This document shows positions 9,596 through 20,296 of a DNA stretch of 64,000 nt, piece after piece. Numbering within the stretch: position 1 is the first letter of the stretch; every line of letters starts with the position of its first letter. The notes beneath the pieces were generated by a model, which was not told the origin of the DNA, did not search any database, and was given only the letters and a program-made list of their open reading frames with translations. The DNA lies in assembly GCA_965218435.1 (NCBI GenBank), contig CBDCKW010000009.1:3840001-3904000 (forward strand). The letters run 5' to 3'. This stretch comes from Truepera sp. (GTDB taxonomy: Bacteria > Deinococcota > Deinococci > Deinococcales > Trueperaceae). The position numbers and the translations under genes were made by a program.

Positions 9596-10591
9596 ATGAC
9601 TCAAGCCACAACCTTCCGCGCTTTCCGAATCGAAAAGTCAGGAGAGACGTTCTCTCGAGGTGTAAAGACGCTCGCTCAGAACACCCTGCCGGACGGTGAC
9701 CTGACCGTACAGGTCGCCTATTCGTCCCTCAACTACAAAGACGCACTTTCGGCGACCGGCAACCCCGGCGTCACCAAAACCTACCCACATACGCCTGGGA
9801 TTGACGCGGCTGGAACCGTGCTAACGAGCCGCGACGCACGTTTTAACGTTGGCGACGAAGTGATCGTCACTTCTTATGACCTCGGGATGAATACACCGGG
9901 GGGCTTCGGCGAGCTGATCCGCGTCCCGGCGGCGTGGGCCGTGCCGCTCCCGGCGGGGTTGTCGCTTCGTGAAGCGATGGTTTTGGGAACAGCCGGACTG
10001 ACTGCAGGGCTCTGTTTAGACGCGCTCTTAAACCACGGTCTGATGCCGGAGGACGGGCCGGTCGTGGTGACGGGCGCGTCGGGCGGCGTCGGTAGTGTGG
10101 CGGTGGCGCTCCTTGCGCGGGCAGGGTTTCAAACCGTGGCGAGTACCGGGACCGAGGCGGCGCACGGCTGGCTCAGAGACCTCGGCGCAGCGGCGATCAG
10201 CCCACGCGCTGAGCTTTCTGCGCCGTCACCCAAACCGCTGCTCAAAGCGCAGTTTGCCGGGGCGATAGATACGGTTGGCGGCGAGGTATTGACGAACGTC
10301 GTCAAGTCGCTGAGCTACCGGGGCGCGGCGGCGGCGTGTGGCCTGGTGGCGGGGCCGGAACTGTCTCTAAGCGTCTACCCGTTTATCTTGCGCGGGGTGA
10401 GTCTCCTCGGAATTGACTCGGCAGAGTGTCCGATGAAGGTGCGACGAGGGGTGTGGGAAAAGCTGGCCGGTGAATGGAAGGTTGACCTGACGGGCGTTAC
10501 GCGTGAGGTCACATTAGACGAGCTGAGCGGCGTGATTGACGAGATTTTAGCAGGGCAGACGCAGGGCCGGATCGTGGTCAAGGTGAGTTAG
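9596..10591 (+). CDS. YhdH/AcuI-family quinone oxidoreductase (acryloyl-CoA reductase-like)
   Basis: YSSLNYKDAL, PGIDAAG, GTAGLTA, VTGASGGVG, FILRGVSLLGIDS. Confidence 0.9.
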   Translation: MTQATTFRAFRIEKSGETFSRGVKTLAQNTLPDGDLTVQVAYSSLNYKDALSATGNPGVTKTYPHTPGIDAAGTVLTSRDARFNVGDEVIVTSYDLGMNTPGGFGELIRVPAAWAVPLPAGLSLREAMVLGTAGLTAGLCLDALLNHGLMPEDGPVVVTGASGGVGSVAVALLARAGFQTVASTGTEAAHGWLRDLGAAAISPRAELSAPSPKPLLKAQFAGAIDTVGGEVLTNVVKSLSYRGAAAACGLVAGPELSLSVYPFILRGVSLLGIDSAECPMKVRRGVWEKLAGEWKVDLTGVTREVTLDELSGVIDEILAGQTQGRIVVKVS

Positions 10592-11064
10592 AGGGGCTCG
10601 AGTTCATCCCCCACACGCACTTCACCCTCTTCGATAATTCTTGCTAACAGACCGCCGTGCCCACGCACCGCGTTATAGCCTCCCGGCCCGAGCGCCTCTT
10701 CCATCCGTGAACACGGGTGGCATAAACCCGCACCTTCAAAGACGGCCTTACCGATCCGAAACCGCCGTTCTTTAAGGGCGAGCAAGTTGACGCCCGACAC
10801 GACGAGGTTGCGCCGGAGCTGTTCAGGAGTAGCCTCACCGCTAGTGAGTGCGCTAATCACCGGTAGATGTTCGGCTTGAATCAGGGTGACCTGCCGCGCT
10901 GACGCCGAAGCGCGTTTACTGCGGTGGTCGCCCGCCAAGCCACGCCCCGGCAAGGCGAGTGTGTGCTCTACGCGTACCGGCGGGGTGCGCCGTTCGGGGC
11001 GCACCAGGATTAGCTCGAGCCTGCCCCTTTGCGGCAACGTGTTGAGTAAGGTTTGAACCGTCAC
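10588..11064 (-). CDS. MOSC domain protein
   Basis: GLAGD, RQVTLI, LRRNLVVSG, CHPCSRME, RGHGG. Confidence 0.88.
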   Translation of the reverse strand: MTVQTLLNTLPQRGRLELILVRPERRTPPVRVEHTLALPGRGLAGDHRSKRASASARQVTLIQAEHLPVISALTSGEATPEQLRRNLVVSGVNLLALKERRFRIGKAVFEGAGLCHPCSRMEEALGPGGYNAVRGHGGLLARIIEEGEVRVGDELEPL

Positions 11065-11123
11065 CTTCTAATTGTAGCGCAGACTATGATGAAGGGGTGG
11101 GTCAGAACTGCAAGGAATAAGCC

Positions 11124-11453
11124 GTGGGGTCCCGGCTCGAGCTCGTTTGCGGCAACCTTACGGTGTGCCGAACCGGAGAAGCTGACGCGCGTTCGCCGTT
11201 TGCCTACCCGTTTTGTCATTTACACCGTCGGTCCGGCTTGGTGGTCACGCAGACGAAGACAACCTGCTCGCCAGCTGTTACCGTAGTGTGTTTGGGGTTG
11301 CGGCCGAGGACGGCCTGCGTTCGCTGGCATTTGCATCTATCAGCACGGGCGGCTATGGACTCTCTCGCATACAGCGCGGCCTGCACTAAGAGAGGTTTGG
11401 ACAGGGCTCAGGGCCAACTCTCAGCTAGAGTAGGTCAAGGCTTTCTGCTTTAG
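11124..11453 (+). pseudogene. Degraded macro-domain (YmdB-like O-acetyl-ADP-ribose deacetylase) gene
   Basis: Fragments in different frames: RLELVCGNLT, TGEA, LPTRFVIYTVGP, LASCYRSVFGVAAEDGLRSLAFASISTGGYG; the DAIVNAAN..GGGV segment is missing. Confidence 0.75.
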
Positions 11454-11526
11454 TGACCGTTTCAGTGGCTATTTTAGTGACCGTGATTTTAAGCGTCTAC
11501 CAAGACGCTCTACAAATGGAGGCAAG

Positions 11527-13845
11527 ATGAAACGATTTTGGTTGATAGTACTGCTACTTACTGCACTTCTTACGGTGCTCCTCGGCGCGTGTCGGCGCAA
11601 TGTGGCACCTGTGGCCCCTGTTGTGGGGACGCTCGAGCTCACCGTCGCCGGGTTACCGGCTGGGACGGCCGCGGCGGTTTCGGTCACCGGCCCAAACGGG
11701 TTCGCTCAGAGTTTGACGCAGAGTGGTTCACTCGTCCGCTTGGCTCCCGGCGCGTATTCTGTGAGTGCGACACCGGTCACGCGCGCGGCAGAAACCTATA
11801 CCGCTGCCGTCAGCGGGTCACCCGCGACCGTTGCTGCAGGTGCGACGACGCCGGTGACGGTGACCTACGCAGTCGGGCGCGGTGCGGGCGGCGCGGTCTC
11901 CGGAACGGTCAGTATTGTCGGAGCCGGGGCTGGGGCCGACGCCCCGTTTGTTCCGGGTGAAGTCATTGTTAAGTTCAAACCGGGATTAGGTGAGCAAGCG
12001 TTGCGTGCACAGGCGCTCACGGGAGTGCTCGAGCCCGTTCGTGACCTGCCCCTCAAAGATGTGGGTCTTTACCGCGCCTCACCCTCGCTACGTGCGCAAA
12101 GTACCGATCTCAAAACCGATACCTTGAACCTGGTCGCGCAGCTTTCAGCCAGGGACGATGTGCTCTACGCCACGCCGAACTATCTGCTCTCAGCGACTGC
12201 CGAACCCAACGACCCGCTTTACGCGCAGCAGTGGCACCTCCGCGCCATCAACTTGCCCGCGGCTTGGGACCAGACCACCGGCTCAGCGAACGTGACGGTG
12301 GCGATTATTGACAGCGGCGTCGTCACCACACACCCCGACCTCGCGGATAAGCTCTTGCCCGGTTACGATTTTGTCAATAGTTCTGATTCCGGCGACGGTG
12401 ACGGGCGCGACGGCGACCCCACCGATCCTCGGGGTATCTCGCACGGCACGCACGTAGCCGGAACCGTCGGGGCTGCGACGGACAACGGTCTCGGCGTCGC
12501 GGGGGTGAGTTGGGGAGCCCGCATCTTGCCGGTACGGGTTCTGGGTACTGATGATAACGGTGACGCGAACGGCACCCTCGCGGACGCGATTGACGGCATC
12601 CTGTGGAGCGTGGGCGAGCGTGTACCGGGTGTACCCAGCAACCCTAACCCCGCCGACGTGCTGAACTTAAGTCTCGGCGGTCCCTTTTTGTGTAGTGAGG
12701 CCGAAGCACTGCAAGACGCGTTTGACCGGGCCAACGCCGCCGGTGCGGTGGTTGTCGTGGCCGCCGGCAATGACAACGATGACGCCAGCAACTACACGCC
12801 TGCAAGCTGCGGCAACGTCATCGCGGTAGGAGCGACGACGATTGAGAACAAACGCGCCCGCTACTCGAACTATGGCGTACGGGTTGACGTGATGGCTCCG
12901 GGAGGCGATACGAGCACCGACATCAACAAAGACGGTGAACCCGACGGCGTGCTGAGTACGGTGCGCCCGAGCGCCGCCGGTAACGACGGCTACGCCTACT
13001 TTAACGGCACCTCGATGGCCTCACCACACGTGGCCGGGGTTGCCGCCCTCTTAAAAGGGGTGCGACCTTCGCTAAGCACCGCTGACGTGCGTGACATTTT
13101 GACCGCTACTGCAACGCCGCTTACCGATAGCTCTTGTAGACCCGGTTGCGGTGCAGGGCTGATCAACGCGGCGGCGGCTCTGGCCACGCTCGCCACGCCC
13201 GTCGAACCCGACTTTGCCCTCTCGCTCTCACCTGCGGCAGTGTCTCTCAGCGCCGACGCGCCGACGGACGTCACGGTGCTCGTCTCGCGCTCGGGGGACC
13301 TGGCAGGTGCCGTGGCCTTTAGTATCTCCGGCTTACCGGGCGGCTTAAGCGCGAGCTTTGCGCCGTCGTCCACCACGGGTGACAGTGTGCAGCTGACCCT
13401 GACAGCCGCTGCTGATCTCAGCGGTAAGTACACGTTACAGGTACAAGGCGTCAGCGGCAGCGTCAGCAAAACCGTACCACTCAGCGTGTCGGTAGCGGGG
13501 AAAAAACCGCCGGAACCCACAGTAGATATTGCAGGGACTTACGTGTTCGCTTGCCCCGTTTCGAACACCAAATGTACCGTGAGCAAGCTTCCGTTTACCC
13601 AGATCGAAACGGGCGGCCTCAGCGCCGACTATACGATTCCGAACGTACCCGCTGGGAACTATCATGTCTTCGGTTGGAATGACCTAAACGGTAATGGGAT
13701 AGTTGACAACGGCGAGCCCTTCGGTTCATTTCCAACTTCGGGAACGCCGCAGGTTATCAATCCACCGGTAAGCGGCGTCAACCTTACACTGGTGCCCGCG
13801 TTAGGAACGCAGGCTCGATTTAACAAGCTCCTGCAGGGGCGTTAG
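11527..13845 (+). CDS. Secreted/lipoprotein S8 subtilase with Ig-like accessory domains
   Basis: Lipobox LGAC; catalytic IIDSG, HGTHVAG, AAGN, GTSMASPHVAG. Confidence 0.93.
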   Translation: MKRFWLIVLLLTALLTVLLGACRRNVAPVAPVVGTLELTVAGLPAGTAAAVSVTGPNGFAQSLTQSGSLVRLAPGAYSVSATPVTRAAETYTAAVSGSPATVAAGATTPVTVTYAVGRGAGGAVSGTVSIVGAGAGADAPFVPGEVIVKFKPGLGEQALRAQALTGVLEPVRDLPLKDVGLYRASPSLRAQSTDLKTDTLNLVAQLSARDDVLYATPNYLLSATAEPNDPLYAQQWHLRAINLPAAWDQTTGSANVTVAIIDSGVVTTHPDLADKLLPGYDFVNSSDSGDGDGRDGDPTDPRGISHGTHVAGTVGAATDNGLGVAGVSWGARILPVRVLGTDDNGDANGTLADAIDGILWSVGERVPGVPSNPNPADVLNLSLGGPFLCSEAEALQDAFDRANAAGAVVVVAAGNDNDDASNYTPASCGNVIAVGATTIENKRARYSNYGVRVDVMAPGGDTSTDINKDGEPDGVLSTVRPSAAGNDGYAYFNGTSMASPHVAGVAALLKGVRPSLSTADVRDILTATATPLTDSSCRPGCGAGLINAAAALATLATPVEPDFALSLSPAAVSLSADAPTDVTVLVSRSGDLAGAVAFSISGLPGGLSASFAPSSTTGDSVQLTLTAAADLSGKYTLQVQGVSGSVSKTVPLSVSVAGKKPPEPTVDIAGTYVFACPVSNTKCTVSKLPFTQIETGGLSADYTIPNVPAGNYHVFGWNDLNGNGIVDNGEPFGSFPTSGTPQVINPPVSGVNLTLVPALGTQARFNKLLQGR

Positions 13846-13881
13846 AGCACATTTAAGGCTCCATAACCTCAGTCTAAAGGC

Positions 13882-13926
13882 GGAGAGGCTTTGTAACCCT
13901 AGCAAGGGTGAGCAGCCTCTCCTTTT
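13882..13926 (+). terminator. Probable intrinsic terminator
   Basis: GGAGAGGCT...AGCCTCTCC followed by TTTT. Confidence 0.55.
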
Positions 13927-13980
13927 GCTAGCGTAGCCTCAGACCCACTAAGGGGCCGCCTATTCTGAAGGAGGAACACG

Positions 13981-14577
13981 ATGGCTTTTGAAGCAACCCC
14001 ACTCCCGTATCCGAACGACGCGCTCGAGCCCAACATTGACGCGCAGACGATGGAAATCCATCACGATAAGCACTACGGCACCTACACGACCAAACTTAAC
14101 AGCGCGGTCGAAGGGACCGAACTCGAGAACCTTTCGATTGAAGACATCCTCGCCAAAGGTGCCGACGCGCTGCCTGCAGCCGTCCGCAACAACGGCGGCG
14201 GTTACTACAACCACGGCCTCTTTTGGGAGTGGCTGAGCCCACAAGGGGGCGGCGAACCGAGCGGCGAGTTGGGCGAGGCCATCGCTCGAGACTTCGGCTC
14301 GTTCGACTCGTTTAAGGAAAAGTTCGCCGACGCCGCTGCCACCCGCTTCGGTTCCGGCTGGGCGTGGCTCGTTTCTGACGGGGGCACGCTCTCAATTATG
14401 AGCACCCCAAACCAAGACAGCCCCATCATGGAGGGCAAACACGCCGTGCTGGGCCTTGACGTATGGGAGCACGCGTACTACCTCAAATATCAGAACAAAC
14501 GCCCCGACTATATCAGCGCGTTTTGGAACGTTGTCAACTGGGACAAGGTAAACGAACTCTACGCTCAGACGAAGTAA
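13981..14577 (+). CDS. sodA: Fe/Mn superoxide dismutase
   Basis: [42 protein letters not shown]. Confidence 0.96.
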   Translation: MAFEATPLPYPNDALEPNIDAQTMEIHHDKHYGTYTTKLNSAVEGTELENLSIEDILAKGADALPAAVRNNGGGYYNHGLFWEWLSPQGGGEPSGELGEAIARDFGSFDSFKEKFADAAATRFGSGWAWLVSDGGTLSIMSTPNQDSPIMEGKHAVLGLDVWEHAYYLKYQNKRPDYISAFWNVVNWDKVNELYAQTK

Positions 14578-14596
14578 ATCCGTTTTTAGCTAAGGC

Positions 14597-14626
14597 TGCG
14601 CCGGACAACTGTCCGGCGCATTTTTT
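14597..14626 (+). terminator. Intrinsic terminator
   Basis: TGCGCCGGACA/TGTCCGGCGCA stem followed by T6. Confidence 0.85.
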
Positions 14627-14745
14627 GTAGCTACCCGTTGGTTGACGCTTAGCTGAAAAGGAGATGTTAGGGTTGCGTAGGGTTGCTGGCCGAATAGATA
14701 GCGTTGTTGACCGAAACTTGCTTGCGACTCACTAAGGAGAACTAG

Positions 14746-17343
14746 ATGGTTAAAAGGATTTTGGGTTTAGGAGGGCTGCTCTTATTAAGCGCCTGCTCGC
14801 ATGTCAAACCTGTGCCCGGTTTAGACACGGCGGCAGCGCCGACCGAGCTGTTTTTTTCTGAATACGTTGAGGGTAGCAGCAACAACAAGGCGTTAGAAAT
14901 CTATAACGGTACCGGTGCAGCGGTTGACCTAGCGGCGAGCGGCTACGCCGTAGACATCTACTTTAACGGCAGCACGTCGGCAAGCACCAAGATTCCGCTG
15001 ATGGGAACCGTTGCGCCCAAAGATGTGTTCGTCTTGGCCGACAATGACGCCGCTACGCCGGTGCTAGATGTTGCCGACCAGACGAGTTCCGCAAGTTTTT
15101 TTAACGGCGACGACGCGGTGGTACTCCGTAAAGGGACGACCGTCTTAGACGTCATCGGGCAAATCGGTACCGACCCCGGCAGTGCCTGGGGCAAAGACCC
15201 GACGAGCACGCAAAACAACACGCTCCGCCGTAAAGCGAGCGTCATGCAGGGCGACAGCGACGGAAGCGACGCGTTTGACCCGGCTACCGAGTGGGACGGC
15301 TTTGCGACCGATACCTTCGCCGGTTTAGGTAGCTACGGCGATAGCGGCACCCCGCTGGGAGCGTGTCAGGCTGCGCCCGCTGTAACCCTGATTTCTATCG
15401 TTCAGGGCGACGGTGACGCGACACCTTGCTTAGGGCAAACCGTCAGCGTCGAAGGCGTCGTCGTCGGCGACTTTGAAGGCGCGTCGGCGTTACGCGGGTT
15501 TTATGTTGAAGAAGAACAGGCGGATTGGGACGCTGACGCGGCGACCTCCGAAGGTGTGTTCGTCTTTAACGGTGACAACGACAGTGTGTCGATCGGTCAG
15601 CGCGTCCGGGTGACGGGCCGGGTAAGCGAGTTTGGCGAACAGACCCAGATAACTGCAAACAGCACCGAAGTCCTTGACCGTCCCGCAGTTGTCATCCCTA
15701 AAACGTCCGTCACGCTGCCGGTAGCAAGTTTGGGCGACCTCGAGGCGTTTGAAGGGATGCTCGTCACCTTTCCGCAGTCTCTGGTCATCTCCGAATACTT
15801 CAACTACGACCGTTTCGGCGAACTCGTCCTGGCGGCTCCACCAGCCGGTTTGTCACGCCCTTATACCCCGACCAGCTACGTCAGTCCCGGCGCTGAAGCG
15901 CAGCGTGTGGCTGAGCTGAACGCCCGCAGCCGCATCACCTTAGATGACGGGTTGGGCGTCCAAAACCCCGAGGTGACGCGGCACCCGAACGGCCAACCCT
16001 TCAGCCTGACGAACCGGTTCCGGGGCGGCGATACTGTCACCAACACTGTCGGCGTCCTCGACTACCGTTTTGGAGCCTACCGCGTGCAACCGACGCAAGG
16101 TGCCGATTACGCGGTCAAAAACCCCCGCACCGCTGCGCCTGATAATGTGGGTGGCAGCCTCAAAGTCTCGAGCTTTAACGTGCTCAACTACTTTACGACG
16201 CTCGACAACGGCTCGAACGGGGCACGCGGCGCGGACGACGCCGAAGAGTTTACGCGGCAGCAGGCCAAGATCGTTTCTGCCCTTGCCGCCATTGACGCGG
16301 ACGTGTTCGGCCTTACCGAGATTGAAAACGACGGCGACGTGGCGGTACAAAACCTGACGGACGCGCTCAACGCTCGCGTCGGCGCAGGCACCTACAACTT
16401 CATCTCGACCGGTACTATCGGCACCGACGCCATTAAAGTGGCGCTCCTTTACAAGCCCTCAGCGGTGACGCCCGTCGGCAATTTTGCGCTCCTCGACAGC
16501 TCGAAAGACCCACGGTTTATCGATACCAAAAACCGTCCGGCGCTCGTTCAGACCTTTGACGATGCAACCGGTGGACGGTTTACGGTGGCGCTCAACCACT
16601 TTAAGTCGAAGGGCTCGAGCTGTGACGACGTGGGCGACCCTGATACCGGCGACGGACAGGGCAACTGTAACGAAACGCGCACCAAAGCGGCGGCAGCTTT
16701 AGTGGATTACCTAGCGACTGATCCGACCGGCAGCGGTGACCCCGACGTGCTGATCGTCGGCGACCTCAACTCGTACGATCATGAAGACCCGATTCGCACG
16801 CTTCAAGCGGGCGGGTACACCGACCTCAACCGGCGTTTTGGCGGTGAGTTCGCCTACTCTTACGCGTTTGACGGACAGTTTGGCTACTTGGATTATGCGC
16901 TCTCGAGCCCCACATTAACCGACCAAATTACCGGCACGACCGACTGGCACATCAACGCCGACGAACCCGACTTGCTCGATTACGACACCAGCTTTAAGAG
17001 CGACGGCCAAGATGCGATTTTTGCCCCCGACCCGTACCGCGCCTCGGATCACGACCCGGTAGTGGTGGGGCTTGCGTTGACCGTCCCTGACCCGGCCATC
17101 CTTTTAGACAACCTTATCGGTGAGGTTCAGGCGCTAGGACTTGGGCGCGGTGACGAGCAGAAACTACTGTCCCAGCTCGAGACCGCCGCACGTCAGCTGG
17201 AACGTGGCAACCGTAGGCAGGCAGACGCTGCATTAGGTCGTTTTGAAGATCAAATCGGCAAGCTCGTCCGTAAGGGTTCACTCAGCACCCAACAAGGACA
17301 GCAGCTCGGGGCAGCGTCGCAAACCATCCGCAAACTGCTCTAA
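14746..17343 (+). CDS. ExeM/NucH-family extracellular endonuclease (lamin-tail + OB + EEP domains), lipoprotein
   Basis: Lipobox LSAC; FSEYVEGSSNNKALEIYN (LTD); SFNVLNYF, NHFKSKG, GDLNSY, LDYAL, SDHDPV. Confidence 0.92.
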   Translation: MVKRILGLGGLLLLSACSHVKPVPGLDTAAAPTELFFSEYVEGSSNNKALEIYNGTGAAVDLAASGYAVDIYFNGSTSASTKIPLMGTVAPKDVFVLADNDAATPVLDVADQTSSASFFNGDDAVVLRKGTTVLDVIGQIGTDPGSAWGKDPTSTQNNTLRRKASVMQGDSDGSDAFDPATEWDGFATDTFAGLGSYGDSGTPLGACQAAPAVTLISIVQGDGDATPCLGQTVSVEGVVVGDFEGASALRGFYVEEEQADWDADAATSEGVFVFNGDNDSVSIGQRVRVTGRVSEFGEQTQITANSTEVLDRPAVVIPKTSVTLPVASLGDLEAFEGMLVTFPQSLVISEYFNYDRFGELVLAAPPAGLSRPYTPTSYVSPGAEAQRVAELNARSRITLDDGLGVQNPEVTRHPNGQPFSLTNRFRGGDTVTNTVGVLDYRFGAYRVQPTQGADYAVKNPRTAAPDNVGGSLKVSSFNVLNYFTTLDNGSNGARGADDAEEFTRQQAKIVSALAAIDADVFGLTEIENDGDVAVQNLTDALNARVGAGTYNFISTGTIGTDAIKVALLYKPSAVTPVGNFALLDSSKDPRFIDTKNRPALVQTFDDATGGRFTVALNHFKSKGSSCDDVGDPDTGDGQGNCNETRTKAAAALVDYLATDPTGSGDPDVLIVGDLNSYDHEDPIRTLQAGGYTDLNRRFGGEFAYSYAFDGQFGYLDYALSSPTLTDQITGTTDWHINADEPDLLDYDTSFKSDGQDAIFAPDPYRASDHDPVVVGLALTVPDPAILLDNLIGEVQALGLGRGDEQKLLSQLETAARQLERGNRRQADAALGRFEDQIGKLVRKGSLSTQQGQQLGAASQTIRKLL

Positions 17344-17417
17344 AGCTGAGACGATCACCTTTGACCGACGCGAAGTTTTTCGCGTCGGTTTTCTTGATGG
17401 CATTTTAGACTTGGGCT

Positions 17418-17921
17418 ATGAACGCCAAAGCTGAAACAGCGGTGACATTGCTGTTACTCGCTGTTTGTTTCGGGCTGCTGGGTTGGAACTTGTGGCCGCG
17501 CCTTACGGTGCAGAAGGTGGCGATGGGGCTCGAGCAACCCGACGTCACCGTCTCGGTGGCGGGCGCGGTGGCGTTTCCGGGGGTTTATGCACTGCCGTGG
17601 GGCTCGCACGTGACCGACGCTGTTGCTAAAGCAGGAGGTTTGACCGACGCCGCCGAAGCGACGCTCCTGAACCTCGCCGATCCGCTGACAACCGGTGAAA
17701 CCGTCCTCGTGCCCGTAGCGCGGACCGCAACCGGTGAAGACCGGCTCAGCCTCAATACTGCGACGGAACGCGAATTGGAACTGCTCGTTCCGGGTGTCGG
17801 CCCCGTGACTGCTGCGAAAATCGTTGCAGCGCGGCCCTTTGAGAGCGTCGAAGATTTGCTCGACGTTTCTGGTATCGGCCCCGCGACGCTCGAGAAAATC
17901 CGGCCTTACGTTAAACCGTGA
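17418..17921 (+). CDS. comEA: Competence DNA-binding protein ComEA
   Basis: TM + SLBB (VSVAGAVAFPGVY) + HhH (LNTAT...PGVGP...SGIGP). Confidence 0.9.
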   Translation: MNAKAETAVTLLLLAVCFGLLGWNLWPRLTVQKVAMGLEQPDVTVSVAGAVAFPGVYALPWGSHVTDAVAKAGGLTDAAEATLLNLADPLTTGETVLVPVARTATGEDRLSLNTATERELELLVPGVGPVTAAKIVAARPFESVEDLLDVSGIGPATLEKIRPYVKP

Positions 17922-17928
17922 TGGTGTC

Positions 17929-20157
17929 GTGAGCGTTACCCTTAACACCCCAGCGACTGCCGCTGAGAAAGTTACCCCGTTTCCACTAGCTTGGTCCGTC
18001 GCTGCGGCTTTCTGCCTGGTTTTGGGAATTGCGCTCGCGGGTGCCGGTCTGCCGGTCTGGAGCAGCGCCGTGTGTGCGGGTGTATTCCTACTCGTCGGTC
18101 TGACCTTTGGTTTGCGGCTTATATTGCTGACGCTGCTTTTGATCCCACTCGGCTTTGTCCGGCTCGAGCTGTGGGAGGCGCGACCCCAACCGCTGGGGCC
18201 GCTGATCGGCACCACCCAAACCCTTTCCGGTGTGGGCGACGGCACCTATCTGACGCTGGGCGAACCCGCCGGGGCCAAAGTCGTCCTCTCACCCAAAGGT
18301 GTCGTCGGCGCAGGCCGCGTGACGCTGCGCGGCGACGTCGTAGAAGCGAGCCACAAACGCAATCCGGGCGGGTTTGATTACGCGGGATTTTTGGCGCGGC
18401 GTGGGGTCGGCGCACAAGTTTATGTAGATGAGGTAACGTCGTTTGAACCTGCTGGGGTGACTTTCAAAACGCGGTTGCAGCGTGGCGTCGTGGCAGGGTT
18501 GTCCCCGACGCAGGCGGCACTACAAGAAGCGATGACGCTCGGCATCCGCGACAATCTCCGCGACTTACGCGACGTTTTTGCAGCGGCAGGGTTGGCACAC
18601 GTGCTGGCGCTTTCAGGGCTGCATATCGGGGTGTTGATCGCCGCGTTGGGTTTCTTGCTGAGGCCGCTGGGGGTGCTGCGTTACCCGCTGTTGATCGGGT
18701 TTGTCGTGGCGTTTGCCGCGCTGGTCGGCGCGACGCCGAGCGTCTTGCGGGCGACGACGATGGCGGTTGCGGTGCTCTTATCCCTGTGGCTCGGGTCGGG
18801 CAGGCTCGAGCCCTGGCCCGCGCTGTCACTGGCGGCGCTGCTGGCGCTCTTGTGGAATCCGTCAGGGCTTTTCGACCTGTCGTTTCAACTCTCGTACTTG
18901 GCCGTGATCGGGATTTTGGTCTTCGCCTTGCCGACGCTCCGGTTACTGCACGCCTCTTCACTTCCGTGGTGGCACCCCAAAGCGTTGCTGCTCGGGTCGC
19001 TCGTGGTGAGTTTGGGCGCACAAGCGCCGCTCCTGCCGCTTCTCGCCCACACCTTTGGCACGGTGCCGCTGTTCGGTCCGCTGGTCAATATCGTGGCGCT
19101 GCCGCTGGCGACGGTGTTAGTCCCGCTGGGTTTCTTGGCGGGGGTGCTGGGTACGGTGTCGCTCCCCTTAGCAGCGTTCTTAAATCACCTGACTGCGCCG
19201 CTGGCCTCGGCGCTGATCTGGGCGGCGAACGAGAGTGCGACTTGGCCGAGCCTCGAGTGGGGCGAGATTGCGCCGGTCGGGTTTGCTTACTACAGCGTCG
19301 GAGCGTTCGCACTGGCGCTCGTGTCGCTGGGCAAACTGCGGCTCTGGCGGGGGCTGTTAGTCGTAGCGGCGGCACTTACGGCCTCGACGCTGACCCCTTC
19401 ACCTCACGGCAACGCCGAACTCGTCTATCTCGACGTAGGTCAGGGCGACAGCACCTTGATTCGTCTGCCGCACCGCACCGAAGTCTTGGTTGACGGTGGC
19501 GGGACGCCTTTTTCTGACTTTGATATTGGTGAGAACACTGTCGTTCCGGCGCTCCGGGCACTGGGGGTAGATGAGCTCGAGCTCGTCATCGCCTCTCACG
19601 CCGATACCGACCACATCGAAGGGTTGGCAAGTGTGCTCCGGGAGATGCCGGTCGGTGAACTGGTGATCGGGTATTCAGCAGCTGATTCGGGGGCGTTTGC
19701 GGCGCTGCTGGACGCGGCTGAAGCGCGCGGCGTCCCTGTCACCGAAGTGCGGCGTGGGGAGGTCTTGACTGTCGGTGACGCTCGGCTGGACATCCTCAAC
19801 CCACCCATGCAACCTTTTGAAGCGAGTAACGACAACTCGGTTGCGTTTGTGCTCGAGGCGCTCGGCACCAAAGCACTCTTTTTAGGCGATGTGCCGAGTA
19901 CGGTCGAAAATGTTTTGGCTGTACCCGACGTAGACGTCATAATGGTCGCACACCACGGCTCGAGGTTTTCTACCTCAGACGCGCTTCTCACCGCCGCCAG
20001 ACCTGAACAGGCCGTCTTGTCGTATGGCCGCAACAACTATGGGCACCCGAACCCGGATGTTCTGGCGCGGCTTAAAGCGCACGGCGTAGCGGTTTTTGAG
20101 ACACATCAAGTGGGCGCGGTGCGGCTGCCGCTAGGACGGCTAAGCAGCCATAAGTAA
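17929..20157 (+). CDS. comEC: DNA internalization channel ComEC/Rec2
   Basis: [45 protein letters not shown]; start GTG 17929 inferred. Confidence 0.93.
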   Translation: MSVTLNTPATAAEKVTPFPLAWSVAAAFCLVLGIALAGAGLPVWSSAVCAGVFLLVGLTFGLRLILLTLLLIPLGFVRLELWEARPQPLGPLIGTTQTLSGVGDGTYLTLGEPAGAKVVLSPKGVVGAGRVTLRGDVVEASHKRNPGGFDYAGFLARRGVGAQVYVDEVTSFEPAGVTFKTRLQRGVVAGLSPTQAALQEAMTLGIRDNLRDLRDVFAAAGLAHVLALSGLHIGVLIAALGFLLRPLGVLRYPLLIGFVVAFAALVGATPSVLRATTMAVAVLLSLWLGSGRLEPWPALSLAALLALLWNPSGLFDLSFQLSYLAVIGILVFALPTLRLLHASSLPWWHPKALLLGSLVVSLGAQAPLLPLLAHTFGTVPLFGPLVNIVALPLATVLVPLGFLAGVLGTVSLPLAAFLNHLTAPLASALIWAANESATWPSLEWGEIAPVGFAYYSVGAFALALVSLGKLRLWRGLLVVAAALTASTLTPSPHGNAELVYLDVGQGDSTLIRLPHRTEVLVDGGGTPFSDFDIGENTVVPALRALGVDELELVIASHADTDHIEGLASVLREMPVGELVIGYSAADSGAFAALLDAAEARGVPVTEVRRGEVLTVGDARLDILNPPMQPFEASNDNSVAFVLEALGTKALFLGDVPSTVENVLAVPDVDVIMVAHHGSRFSTSDALLTAARPEQAVLSYGRNNYGHPNPDVLARLKAHGVAVFETHQVGAVRLPLGRLSSHK

Positions 20158-20296
20158 AGGCTTTGGCCATTCGTCGCTGCTTACCGGGTGAGGCTGACGC
20201 AAGTGTTGACCTGAACGTTAGACGAGCGTTTCTACAACGCTCGTCTAACCATGAAACGCCGCGCCGACATGTTAATTTGTTTACAGTGATAGGCCG

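Noticed and set aside
17454..20036. Long alternative-frame and antisense ORFs over comEA/comEC (and similar ones elsewhere, e.g. 52502..53251)
   Set aside because: Shadow ORFs expected in GC-rich coding DNA; no motifs
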